Positions 23,780-35,981 of a DNA stretch of 64,000 bases are shown here, one piece after another (the stretch's first letter is position 1; every line of letters begins with the position of its first letter). This stretch comes from Mustelus asterias. Lineage: Eukaryota. Location of the stretch: assembly GCF_964213995.1 (NCBI RefSeq), contig NW_027590160.1:186001-250000 (forward strand), given 5' to 3'. Made by a program: the position numbers and the translations under genes. Below the pieces are notes generated by a model. That model searched no databases and was not told the origin of the DNA. It saw only the letters and a list, made by a program, of their open reading frames with translations.

Positions 23780-24065
23780 CAGAGCTGCAATCTCGACTCT
23801 CATTCTGGGCTTGCGGCCTCCAGCGGGTGTTTGTGAAGCCTCCGCTCCGCCCCCCCCCCCCCCAGCCCGTCTCCCGGCTCCATTCCTCCCTCCGCCCGAC
23901 CGATTCTCACCCGCTGGAAAAAGTAGCTCCCGCACTCGCGGAACTCTGAACAAAGTGACACTGCGCATGCTCCGGATACAGCAAGGCGCCTGCGCACTGG
24001 ACTCCTGTGGAGTGAATAGGGCACTTGTAGGGCCGCAGGGAATGGTGGGTAATAGCACGGCCATT
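23780..24065 (-). promoter_or_regulatory. Type-2 ZNF promoter/first exon, inverted paralog of 16075-16330
   Basis: Minus strand TTACCCACCATTCCCTGCG (ZNF143-like), GCATGCGCAGT, donor-like CGG/GTGAGA near 23910. Confidence 0.65.
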
Positions 24066-24374
24066 GAATTGACGTACCGGGGATAAAATCAGTGTTACCA
24101 AATGAAGACAAATTAACAAATACACGAAGATTCTTTATTATTTAATTTATTCCACCTTCTAACCTACCCTTGATGATCTTCTTTGTTCCACCCCATCCAT
24201 TATATTAACAGTTCAATGGGAGATGAAGTAATGCTATTGGAAAGACCAATGTCATTATCTTAAGTCACCACTACAAATTCCGTTCCCTAACTACCAAGTC
24301 CATCCCTATGGGGTAATATTGAGATACATTTTCCTGTGTTCGTCAAGCTAGGAGTCTTTATTCCTAAGCGAGAA

Positions 24375-25692
24375 AGAGATAAGTGGACATATTAATGAGA
24401 GGCAACATGGTTTTGTGAAGGGGAGGTCGTGTCTCATGAACTTGATCGAGTTTTTGGAGGAAGTGACGAAGATGATTGATGAGGGTAGGGCAGTGGATGT
24501 TGTCTACATGGACTTCAGTAAGGCCTTTGACAAGGTCCCTCATGGCAGACTGGTGCAGAAGGTGAAGTTGCATTGGATCAGAGGTGAGCTGGCAAGGTGG
24601 ATACAGAACTGGCTCGGTCGTAGAAGACAGATGGTAGCAGTGAAGGGTGAGTTTCCGAATGGAGGGCTGTGACAAGTGGCATTCCTCAGGAATCAGTGCT
24701 GGGACCTTTGCTGTTTGTAATATATATAAATGATTTGGAAGAAAATGTAACTGAATTGATTAGTAAGTTTGTGGATGACACAAAGGTTGGTGGATTTGTG
24801 GATAGCGGTGAGGACCATCAGAGGATACAGCAGGATATAGATTGGTTGGAGACTTGGGCAAAGAAATAGCAAATGGAGTTTAATCTGGACAAATGTGAGA
24901 TAATGCATTTTGGAAGATCTAATACAGATAGAAATATACAGTAAATGGCTGAACTCTTCAGAGTATTGACAGGCAGAGGGATCTGGGTCTACAGGTGCAC
25001 AGGTCACTGAAAGTGGCAATGCAGGTGGAGAAGGTAGTCAAGAAGGCATACGGCATGCTTGCCTTCATTGGCCGGGGCATTGAGTTTAAAAATTGGCAAG
25101 TCATGTTGTAGCTTTATAGAACCTGAGTTAGGCCGCACTTGAAATATAGTGTTCAATTCTGGTTGCCACACTACCAGAAGGATGTGAAGGCTTTGGAGAG
25201 GGTACATAAAAGATTTACCAGGATGTTGCCTGGCATGGAGAGCATTAGCTATGAGGAGAGGTTGGAGAAACTTGGTTTGTTCTCACTGGAACGACGGAGG
25301 TTAAGGGGCGACCTGATATAAGTCTACAAGATTATGAGGGGCTTGGACAGAGTGGATAGTCAGAAGCTTTTTCCCAGTGTGGAAAAGTCAATTACCTGGG
25401 GGCATAGGTTTAAAGTGCGAGGGGCAAGGTTTAAAGGAGACGTACGAGGCAAGTTTTCTTTTTACACAGAGGGTGGTGGGTGCCTGGAACTCGCTGCCGG
25501 AGGAGGTAGTGGAAGCAGATACGATTGTGACTTTTAAGGGGTGTCTTGACAAATACATGAATAGGATGGGAATAGAGGGATATGGTCCCCAGAAGGTAAG
25601 GGGGTTTTAGTTCAGTCGGGCAGCATGGTCGGTGCAGGCTTGGAGGGCCGAAGGGCTTGTTCCTGTGCTGTAATTTTCTTTGTTCTTTGTTT
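24375..25692 (+). mobile_element. CR1 LINE, 5'-truncated, frameshifted
   Basis: [41 protein letters not shown] in broken frames; (TTCTTTG)n tail. Confidence 0.92.
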
Positions 25693-25976
25693 GTAGATAC
25701 ACACAGAACGATTCCTATAATATGTAATACATTTCTGAAGTTTTCATTAGGTTATTAGACTGATTTCTTACAGATCTCCCATCTTGAGAAAGGATTAGCT
25801 TCACTGTCTACTCAAAAACTGATTTCTGAATAACCCAGTGATTCTAAGCTACAAGCTTGTTTTCCTAATTTCTTGATTACATTCCATAGACAAGAAAACT
25901 AAAGGTACCAGAATGATCAGAATCAGCAACACAAACCCTTGAGTTGTCACCAAAAATAAAAGTAAATACTTTGCCG

Positions 25977-26826
25977 TATTATAATTGAGGTCAGAAACTG
26001 CAAGGTATTTTATGAAGTCAGCTTGGACCACAGGTTTTGCAGTTTGAATTTGGCTGAGGTAAACATACAATGTTTCACTGCAGGTATAATTCAAATGACT
26101 CACGGGGGAGATTTTATCAAACAAAGTTTATTTAAGAATACAGTTTACACATAGAAAGAAAATTAGCAATCATTTTTGCCAATTACAAACAAGAAAACAA
26201 CCATGATATTGTAGAACCCTTAACAACTAAATGCACTGTTCCAATACAACAAACCTCCCTACAAACATACACCTGTCACAGGTTTAGCACAGAAAATAAG
26301 AATGCTCATGTGATTCTGGAAATTAGTCCTTTGGTTGGAGAATTGAAATTCTGACTTCACCATTCCGGAAACTCCCAGCACCTTGAGGTAGAGATAAAGC
26401 CACAGCTGGCATTACCTGGCAAATCACCAACATCAGAATCTTTCACTCCAGGAGGGCAAGAAAAACTGCTTCCAATAGAGCAGAATTTCTAATATCAAGG
26501 AGAGAGCACAGAAATACTGCCTTTCAGTCTGGAGTCCAAACGCCTCCTAACTAACCAGCAACCAAAACTGAAAGTAAGAACTCTTGGGAGAGAGAAAAAA
26601 AACTGTCCAACCTGACCTGTCAATCATTCTTCCCACAACACTTCAAACTCACAAAGTGCATTGAGCCCAGATTAAAGAGAAACAAAAACCCATTCAAACC
26701 ATTTAAGCAGCAATAAAAGGACACACAAACATTCAGCCAACGCCACAATGAAAAACAAAGGCCTGCTTTCAAACTGCAGAAAACGTGATTTAAAAATACA
26801 GTTCTTAAATGCACAGTAACATCACA
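25977..26826 (-). mobile_element. Candidate solo LTR
   Basis: Minus strand begins TGTGATGTTAC, has AATAAA near 26130 and ends in a degenerate ...TATAATA. It interrupts the hAT-like fossil. TSD not convincing. Confidence 0.4.
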
Positions 26827-26829
26827 CCA

Positions 26830-27760
26830 GTAAATGTGACAATCATCGACTTTGATTCATCCTCCCCATCTGCAGATAATCTCACACAATTCTAAATTAT
26901 TGACGAGTTGTAAATACATCTGGTTCAAACATTCAAGCACAAACTTCAAAGGTTCTCCAGCTCTCTGCTCACCTGCATCCACCTTGTGGATATTTTCAAA
27001 AGCCAGATTTAGATCACTCTTCAGCTTAATGGATAGATACCAGTGTGTTTCATTCGATCCTGATTGTTTTAAAGTCAGTTTCTCTGCAAAATATGCCAAT
27101 ATTTTGACAAATTAAAATATCTTCCCATTCTACTGACAATGTTAAGCACTCAATGTTGTTCTGTTGTCGAATAGCTGAACACGTTTGTTCCTCAGTGCAG
27201 TGGCACATGTTAGTTACACCACATGTAACATATCACATCTGCACACTCACACTGGTATCCCAAAGGATGCTCCATGTACCATCTGAGACACCCATTCCTA
27301 GATTTTCAAGTGATCGCAAGGAAGTGTCCATATGAAAATGTTTGCTTATCTCTCTCTCTGTATGGTTCCAATGTCTTCAGGCAGAGGCCAGGTTATCTGA
27401 TTCAGTTTGTTTTAAAGTTCACAAGCAAGGATACAAACATCTCCAAAAGAAAACTATTACTTGACTCATCTCCACTTTCCTGACTTCTACAAGAACGTAC
27501 GTGGATATCCTGTTTGTCTCTTCCATTGAACTAGACCCAGAGTGAATTACTTCAATTCCCATTTGCTGGTGTCAATTTTTTCCATGTTTGATTCCAAATG
27601 GGGCTTCCCTTTCTCTCTGTTTCAGGAGAATGCGGAAACTTTTCTGTCCAATTGAACACTCACACAATAGTGTATTTTGAGATCAGAGGCAGAAGTACAG
27701 GCAGTTGTATCAGTTTGGGGTAACGCTCATATCTCCCATTCTCAGGAGCTTTGATTTAAA
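26830..27760 (-). mobile_element. Fossil hAT transposase (ZMYM1/DUF4371-like)
   Basis: Fragments CILACEL, RHWNHTEREISKH, KILAYFAEKLTLKQSGSNET, and beyond the LTR AKY... (~25975), follow the order of TTF-finger/DUF4371 motifs. Many stops. Confidence 0.4.
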
Positions 27761-27769
27761 TGATAACAA

Positions 27770-29203
27770 ATGGGATGTGGTTCCAATTTTCAAAAAGGGG
27801 AATAGGGATAGCCCAGGAAATTACCGACCGGTGAGTCTAACCTCAGTGGTTGGTAAGCTGATGGAGAAGATCCTGAGGGACAAGATTTATGAGTATTTAG
27901 AGAGGTTTAGTATGCTCAAGAATACTCAGCATGGTTTTGTCAAAGGCAGATCGTACCTTACGAGCCTGGTGGAGTTCTTCGAAAATGTGACTAAACACAT
28001 TGACGAAGGGAAAGCAGTAGATGTGGTTTATATGGATTTTAGCAAGGCGTTCGATAAGGTCCCCCATGCAAGGCTTCTAGAAAAAGTGAGAGGGCATGGG
28101 ATCCAAGGGGCTGCTGCCAGGTGGATCCAGAACTGGCTTGCCCAAAGGAGGCAGAGAGTGGGTATAGATGAGTCTTTTTCTAAATGGAGGTCAGTCACCA
28201 GTGGTGTGCCCCAGGGATCTGTTCTGGGACCCTTGCTGTTTGTCATTTTCATAAATGTCCTGGATGAGGAAGTGGAGAGATGGGTTGGTAAGTTTGCCGA
28301 CGACATGAAGGTTGGTGGGGTTGTGGATAGTCTGGAGGGATGTCAGAAGTTACAGAGGGACATAGATAGGATGCAAGGCTGGGCGGAGAAGTGGCAGATG
28401 GACTTCAACCCAGATAAATGCGTAGTGGTCCATTTTGGCAGGTCAAATGGGATGAAGGAGTACAATATAAAGGGAAAGACTCTTAGTACTGTAGAGGATC
28501 AGAAGGACCTTGGGGTCCGGGTCCACAGGACTCTAAAATCGGCCCCGCAGGTGGAGGAGGTGGTTAAGAAGGCGTATGCTGTGCTGGCCTTTATCAATCG
28601 AGGGATTGAGTTTGGGAGTCTGGGGATAATGATGCAGCTATATAAGACCCTCGTCAGACCCCACTTGGAGTACTTTGCTCAGTTCTGGTTGCCTCATTAC
28701 AGGAAGGATGTGGAAAAGATTGAAAGGGTGCAGAGGCGATTTACAAGGATGTTGCCTGGATTGAGTGGCATGCCTTATGAGGATAGGCTGAGGGAGCTCG
28801 GTCTTTTCTCCTTGGAGAGACGTAGGATGAGAGGAGACCTAATAGAGGTATATAAGATGTTGAGAGGCATAGATCGGGTGGACTCTCAAAGGCTTTTTCC
28901 CAGGGTGGAAATGGCTGCTACGAGAGGACACAGGTTTAAGGTGCTGGGGGGTAGGTACAGGGGAAATATTAGGGGGAAGTTTTTCACACAGAGGGTGGTG
29001 GGCGAGTGGAATTGGCTGCCGTCAGTGGTGGTGGAGGCAAACTCAATAGGGTCTTTTAAGAGACTCCTGGATGAGTACATGGGACTTAATAGGATGGAGG
29101 GTTATAGGTAGGCCTAAAAGGTAGGGATATGTTCGGCACAACTTGTGGGCCGAAGGGTCTGTTTTGTGCAGTAGTTTTTCTATGTTTCTATGTTTCTTTC
29201 TAT
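27770..29203 (+). mobile_element. CR1 LINE, 5'-truncated, open RT frame
   Basis: VVPIFKKG...NYRPVSLTS...FADD; same subfamily as 8546-9935. Confidence 0.95.
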
Positions 29204-29501
29204 GAAGTCAAATCTTCAAAAAGCAGAATCTTTGGTTTAAGTTGTCACCGTGCTGCCTGATTGTAAAAGGTTGAAGCAAATATTCCAATTATGTCAACTT
29301 TATTTTCAGATCAAAGGTGAACCAAACACCATTTTGATCTTTGTGTTTCCAATTATTTTGGCATTTTTTCTCAGTTTTTCCAAAATGTTATTTTTTTCTT
29401 CATTCTTCAAGTGTCTTTCCAAATAAATATATTATAACTCAAGGAAAATTAAACCACAAAAGTTAGTTTTCACAGGTAAATGTCAACCTTCTTAGATCAG
29501 A

Positions 29502-30856
29502 AAGAACATAGAACATAGAACAGTACAGCACAGAACAGGCCCTTCGGCCCACGATGTTGTGCCGAGCTTTATCTGAAACCAAGATCAAGCTATCCCACTC
29601 CCTATCATCCTGGTGTGCTCCATGTGCCTATCCAATAACCGCTTAAATGTTTCTAAAGTGTCTGACTCCACTATCACTGCAGGCAGTCCATTCCACACCC
29701 CAACCACTCTCTGCGTAAAGAACCTACCTCTGATATCCGTCCTGTATCTCCCACCACGAACCCTTTGGTTATGCCCCCTTGTAATAGCTCCATCCACCCG
29801 AGGAAATAGTCTTTGAACGTTCACTCTATCTATCCCCTTCGTCATTTTATACACCTCTATTAAGTCTCCCCTCAGCCTCCTCCGCTCCAGAGAGAACAGC
29901 CCTAGCTCCCTCAACCTTTCCTCATATGACCTACCCTCCAAACCAGGCAGCATCCTGGTAAATCTCCTCTGCACTCTTTCCAGCGCTTCCACATCCTTCT
30001 TATAGTGAGGTGACCAGAACTGCACACAATATTCCAAATGTGGTCTCACCAAGGTCCTGTACAGTTGCAGCATAACCCCACGGCTCTTAAACTCCAACCC
30101 CCTGTTAATAAAAGCTAACACACTATAGGCCTTCTTCACAGCTCTATCCACTTGACTGGCAACCTTTAGAGATCTGTGGATATGGACCCCAAGATCTCTC
30201 TGTTCCTCCACAGTCTTCAGAACCCTACCTTTGACCCTGTAATCCACATTTAAATTTGTCCTACCAAAATGAATCACCTCACATTTATCAGGGTTAAACT
30301 CCATTTGCCATTTTTCAGCCCAGCTTTGCATCCTATCTATGTCTCTTTGCAGCCTACAACAGCCCTCCACCTCATCCACTACTCCACCAATCTTGGTGTC
30401 ATCAGCAAATTTACTGATCCACCCTTCAGCCCCCTCCTCTAAGTCATTAATAAAAATCACAAAGAGCAGAGGACCAAGCACTGATCCCTGCGGCACACCG
30501 CTCGCAACCTGCCTCCAATCCGAAAATTTTCCATCGACCACCACCCTCTGTCTTCGGTCAGACAGCCAGTTACCTATCCAATCGGCCAACTTTCCCTCTA
30601 TCCCACACCTCCTCACTTTCATCATAAGCCGACCATGGGGGACCTTATCAAACGCCTTACTAAAATCCATGTATATGACATCAACTGCCCTACCTTCATC
30701 AACACACTTAGTTACCTCCTCAAAAAATTCTATCAAATTTGTGAGGCACGACTTGCCCTTCACGAATCCGTGCTGACTATCTCGGATTAATCCGCATCTT
30801 TCTAAATGGTCGTAAATCCCATCCCTAAGGACCCTTTCCATCAATTTACCAACCAC
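29502..30856 (-). mobile_element. CR1 LINE, 5'-truncated, open RT frame
   Basis: ORF ending at 29585 with full RT motifs; (TTCTATG)n tail. Confidence 0.95.
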
Positions 30857-31289
30857 AGAGTTAAAGAGGGTGGAGCTTCCCTCAGCCTGTGAGTTCCGAA
30901 ACACAACTTCAAAGCTTAAGTTAAGAATCAAACATTTGTGCCTTTTCCAATTGTACAAGTAAATTGTGATTCACACCGAAAGGTTCACTTTCACTCAGTA
31001 ATTAGAACATTTCACTTTTCTCAGCACAGGAACTGGCAGCATTTTAGATTCAATACTAATTGTTCACTCCTCTTGTCGCGGGTGTGTGGAGAAGATCATG
31101 TTCACTGTAGATCTGTCAGCACAGAAACCACACTGTGCTTCTGGATACACTCAGTCTGCAAATAGCTGGAGTCGTTTAAACATGACCCTAGTGAAGGCCT
31201 TCCCAGTGATGTTAAGGAGTGAGATGTTCCTGTAGTTGTTGCAATCTCCTCTGTCACTGCATGTTTTGTATATTGTGAAGATTTTTGTG

Positions 31290-31960
31290 TCACGTATCTC
31301 CTGTGGAACAGGCCCTACCTCCCAACAGAGAAGCAGGAGGTTATGAAGATGTGGCAGTCGATGGGACTTTCCGTGTCTGAACAGTTCAGCTGGAACTCAT
31401 CCTTGCTGGGAGCCTTTCTGCTTGTTCAGCAATCAATGGCCTTTTCCAGCTCAAGTGATGAGGATTCCTCGTCCAACTCAACCGTGACAGGAAGCTGCAG
31501 TAGAATCAAACAGAGACTGGGAGGTATCCATCTCACGGGAGTACAGCTCACAGTCGTGTTCAACCCAGTGGGACATCTGTCTACTTCTGTCGGTGAGAAC
31601 TTCACCATCTGCCGATTTCAGGGGAACAATTTGGTGATTGTAGGACAAAGCATCATATTCATCCCATCATACATAACACAGAGATATTCATTATCACAGG
31701 CAGTTTGGAATTATTGGTGTAGGATTGTCCGGTGTTTATTGACAGAGTATCTCACTGTTTTCAAAATTTCTGATGCAATGTTCCAGCTGTTGGGTTTATG
31801 ATGAGCATCAGGTAGGCTTTGCTTTTTGCTTCAATGACAGGTGTCATCTCTGCTGAGTGGGTCTCAAACCAGTCTGTTGTAGGAGCCACCTTTACAAAAT
31901 GTTGCTGCTGCTGTGTCAGAAATGGGTGAACTCAGAGACCTCCAAGTTTCATCAACTTCA
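31290..31960 (-). mobile_element. Decayed RTE-type LINE fragment
   Basis: LPVTVELDEESSSLELEKAID resembles the pre-RT region of RTE elements. Confidence 0.5.
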
Positions 31961-32366
31961 ATATTGATTGTTAAGGATTTAAGGATTTAACTGTGCCTGT
32001 ATAATATTTCACTATTTTGTTTATGTTCCTTCATATTTAATTTCATAATGGACGTGTCACTGTGAAGACGTCAGTCAGAATTGTCAGCAAGGATTAATCA
32101 GGACTTTCTAATTGGAGATGTTAATCAGTGGAACCTCTCACACACTGATTTGCATCAAAGATTAATTTAGGATTGAAGTAAAGTTCATCATTTTATGTTG
32201 AACAGGTTCTTGTTAAGGATTCTTGAATTTAGGGGAAAGATCACAGAAGGTGTTTTTAAAAAGGGACATTGCAGCTCCGAAAATCAGTGACATCTCCAGA
32301 ATATTAAACTCCAGCTACTTATAGGGATGTGAATATCAGCAAAATCGAACCAATATTGTCAGACTA

Positions 32367-33167
32367 TCAATCCAGGCTGTGATTAAAAGCAGAATCCAAT
32401 CCTTGCAGTCTATTATGAATTTGCTGGTGTCTCAGCAGGCTGGAGGACCTTGTGAATGCCTTTCCACACAAGGAGCAGGTGAAAGGTCTCTCCCCAGAGT
32501 GAGTGCGTTGATGAGTCAGAAGGTTGGATGACTGCTTGAAACTCTTTCCACAGGTACTGCAGCTGAATGGATTCTCCTGAGTGTGAGTGCGGTGATGGGA
32601 CTGGAGGGTGAATAACCGAGCGAATCCCTTCCCACACACCGAGCAGGTGAATGGTCTCTCCCCGGTGTGAAGTCGCTGGTGTCTCACCAGATCGAATGAC
32701 TGGGAGAATTTCTTCCCACACACGGAGCAGGTGAATGGTCGCTCCCCGGTGTGAGTGCGTTGGTGAGCAGTCAGGGTGGATGACTGCCCGAAACTCTTTC
32801 CACAAGAAGTGCAGCTGAACGGTTTCTCCTCAGTGTGAATTCGCTGATGTGTCCAAAGGCCGGATGACCGAGTGAATTTCTCACCGCACACAGAGCAGGT
32901 GAACGGCTTCACCCCAGTGTGAATCCGCTGGTGTGTAGCGAGACTGGATGTGCTGTTGAACCTCTTCCCACAGTGAGTGCAGCTGAAGGGCCTCTCCTCA
33001 GTGTGAATTCTCTGGTGTAACATCAGGTAGGTTGTCTTGGTAAATCCCTTTCCACACACAGAACAGACGAATGGCTTCTCCCCAGTGTGACTGCGTTGAT
33101 AGATTTCCAGTCGGAATAAAGACTTGAATCCTTTACCACAGTCCCCACATTTCCAAGGTTTCTCCAT
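32367..33167 (-). CDS. Tandem C2H2 zinc-finger protein (ZNF-C), 9 fingers (first has H>Y)
   Basis: ACCATGG start MEKPWKC, TGERPF linkers, acceptor TTTTTCCAG near 33497. Confidence 0.88.
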   Translation of the reverse strand: MEKPWKCGDCGKGFKSLFRLEIYQRSHTGEKPFVCSVCGKGFTKTTYLMLHQRIHTEERPFSCTHCGKRFNSTSSLATHQRIHTGVKPFTCSVCGEKFTRSSGLWTHQRIHTEEKPFSCTSCGKSFGQSSTLTAHQRTHTGERPFTCSVCGKKFSQSFDLVRHQRLHTGERPFTCSVCGKGFARLFTLQSHHRTHTQENPFSCSTCGKSFKQSSNLLTHQRTHSGERPFTCSLCGKAFTRSSSLLRHQQIHNRLQGLDSAFNHSLD

Positions 33168-34182
33168 GGTGCCAGTGTCCTTGTGTCTCTCCAGGTTAGA
33201 TGATCAGTTGAAACCTCGTCCTTGCAGATAACACGTGTACAGTTTCTCCCTGCTGTGAATTGTGTGATGTTTTCTCAGGCTGTGTCACTGGTTAAAGCTC
33301 TTTCCACAGTCAGTTCACTGGAACACTCTCACTCGGGTGTGTGTGTCTCGGTGTTTTTCCAGTTGCACTGATGTTTAAAATCTTCAAGAGATAAACATTT
33401 CTCCTTCCACATTCACAGATTGATGAATGATCGATTGACTCAAACCAAAATGTTTGTTTTGAGTTTTGCATCTACAAATCTTTCCCTTGTTAATACCTGG
33501 AAAAAGAGTTTACAAAATTAAAATCACGGTCAGTCCAGGATAGAAATTCTGAACAGACAATTCTAGTTTTGTTTTTGGAACATTTTTTCCTCTCGTTTCC
33601 TCCAAATCTGTAAATCCCCATCTCACACACTCTCCCCCGTCCCTGGGCTGAAATCCAAACCCATCTCACCCTCTCCACCAATTCTTTTCTCCACTCAGTT
33701 TTCTCCCTCCCTCCACTCTGTCTGGGTTCAGCTCTCAGGCCCCTCTGTGCAGAATTGTTGTCTCTCCTGGTCACTGAGACCCTGAAGGCCCACGCACCCT
33801 CTGCTTCACTGTTACTGATGGCTGAAGGGACCAATCCGTGAGGGGCAGGTTTTGCCACAAGTGAAGTGGTTCTCAGGTCTGGTTGTGGGTTGTTGTTTTC
33901 GGTGTTGGCTCTTGTTGCCGAGCCACTGGAGTGACCTTCCTCCATCCTGTGAATGTACCTGAGCTGGAAAAGTCACCTCCACTTGATGGGAACCCATCAC
34001 CTTTGGGAGACAATGAATTGTAGATTTTGTATCAAAGATCAATTTAGGATTGAAGTAAAAAGTTCATAATTTTATTGCAACCAAGTTTCTGTTGACAGTT
34101 CTTTAATTCAGCTGAAAGATCACAGATAGTGCCTTTAAAAAGGGACATCTCCAGATTATTAAACTTCAGCCAGTTGTAGGGT

Positions 34183-35314
34183 TAAGAAGTTTAACAACAC
34201 CAGGTTAAAGTCCAACAGGTTTATTTGGTAGCAAAAGCCACACAAGCTTTCAGAGCTCCAAGCCCCTTCTTCAGGTGAGTGGGAATTCTGTTCACAAACA
34301 GGGCATATAAAGACACAAACTCAATTTACAGAATAATGGTTGGAATGCGAATACTTACAGCTAATCAAGTCTTTAAGATACAAACAATGTGAGTGGAGAG
34401 AGCATCAAGACAGGTCAAAGAGATGTGTATTGTCTCCAGACAGGACAGCCAGTGAAATTCCGCAAGTCCAGGCAAGCTGTGGGGATTACAGATCGTGTGA
34501 CATGAACCCAATATCCCGGTTGAGGCCGTCCTCATGTGTGCGGAACTTGGCTATCAGTTTCTGCTCAGCGACTCTGCGCCGTCGTGTGTCGTGAAGGCCA
34601 CCTCGGAGAACGCTTACCCGAATATCAGAGGCTGAATGCCCGTGACCGCTGAAGTGCTCTCCAACAGGAAGAGAACAGTCTTGCCTGGTGATTGTCGAGC
34701 GGTGTTCATTCATCCGTTGTCGTAGCGTCATGGTTTTCCCAATGTACCATGCCTCGGGACATCCTTTCCTGCAGCGTATCAGGTAGACAACGTTGGCCGA
34801 GTTGCAAGAGTATGTACCATGTACCTGGTGGATGGTGTTCTCACGTGAGATGATGGCATCCGTGTCAATGATCCGGCACGTCTTGCAGAGGTTGCTGTAC
34901 CAGGGTTGTGTGGTGTCGTGGCCACTGTTCTCCTGAAGGCTGGGTAGTTTGCTGCGGACAATGATCTGTTTGAGGTTGTGCGGTTGTTTGAAGGCAAGAA
35001 GTGGGGGTGTGGCCTTGGCGAGATGTTCCTCTTCATCAATGACATGTTGAAGGCTCTGGAGGAGATGCGGGGAAGCTACGGCATCTCCTCCAGAGCCTTC
35101 AACATGTCATTGATGAAGACGAACATCTCGCCAAGGCCATCCCCACACCCCCACCCCCCCACAGTCACTGACACCAATCTCCTCCTGTCTGATATAAACC
35201 CCACAGTCACTGACACCAATCTCCTCCTGTCTGATATAAACCCTGTGGCTGTGGCTTTTGCTACCAAATAAACCTGTTGGACTTTAACCTGGTGTTGTGA
35301 GACTTCTTACTGTG
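34183..35314 (-). mobile_element. Penelope-like element 3' fragment with fold-back 5' end
   Basis: GIY-YIG end RMNEHRSTI...LPVGEHF...AEQKLIAKF, pseudo-LTR at 34183-34440, hairpin at 35010-35139, short plus-strand terminus at 35250-35314. Confidence 0.9.
34239..34279 (-). ncRNA. Minimal type-I hammerhead ribozyme motif in PLE pseudo-LTR
   Basis: CUCAC-CUGAAGA-A-GGGGC-uugga-GCUCU-GAAA-GC-UU-GUGUG. Confidence 0.6.
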
Positions 35315-35343
35315 ATATAAACCCCACAGTCACTGACACCAAT
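35158..35343. repeat. 41-bp tandem repeat (two adjacent copies plus a displaced partial copy)
   Basis: CCCACAGTCACTGACACCAATCTCCTCCTGTCTGATATAAA twice, then a partial copy at ~35322. Confidence 0.85.
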
Positions 35344-35981
35344 CCCCTCCCCTCAGTTAATTTGATTTAGTTTACTTGTTTACTCAATAAGATTGATACC
35401 AATCTCTCCTATCTGATGATTTTGTAGCTAATTTTTCATAAAGGATATACACAAGTTTGTTATTTCAATTGGACCTGTCTTCATTCCCGAGCCGAGGGGA
35501 TTTCTGTACCAGACGGGAGGGGTAACATTTGGGAACGCTTGATTCTCCACCAATTCCCATTCCCCTTCTTTCTGGGGGATAATGGAGCTCTCACTGTGTG
35601 TAATGTGCAGGTCAGTAAGAATTGTCAGCAAGGATTAATCAGCATTTTCTAATTGGAGATGTTCATCAGGAGAACCTCTCAGACACTGAATTGTCGAGTT
35701 TGAATCAAAGATCAATTTAGGATTGAAGTAAAAGTTCAATATTTGTGGCAAACTGATTGCTGGTGGAATTCTCTGAATTCAGGGGAATGATCACAGACAC
35801 ATATTCTTAAAGGGAGGCTGCAGGCCCAAGAACACAATCAGCTAATTAACTAGAATCTTAAACTCCAGCCAGAACTATGGTTGGTAACATCAGAGAGACA
35901 AACCTGAATTGTCAGAATGAACATGGTTCAGTCCTGGGTATAGTGAATGCCAGCAACATCAGTGGAATCCAAACCCTTTAG

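Noticed and set aside
23423-24064. 213-aa ORF and other GC-rich ORFs over promoters
   Set aside because: Chance open frames running through CpG islands and SINEs; no domain features.
27705-29111. Long RT ORFs as autonomous or domesticated genes
   Set aside because: All are 5'-truncated CR1 copies lacking ORF1 and endonuclease; their N-termini are read in from flanking DNA.
33204-33206. Selenocysteine reading of the conserved TGA
   Set aside because: The position is a helix residue rather than a Cys ligand, another TGA lies upstream in frame, and no SECIS was recognised.
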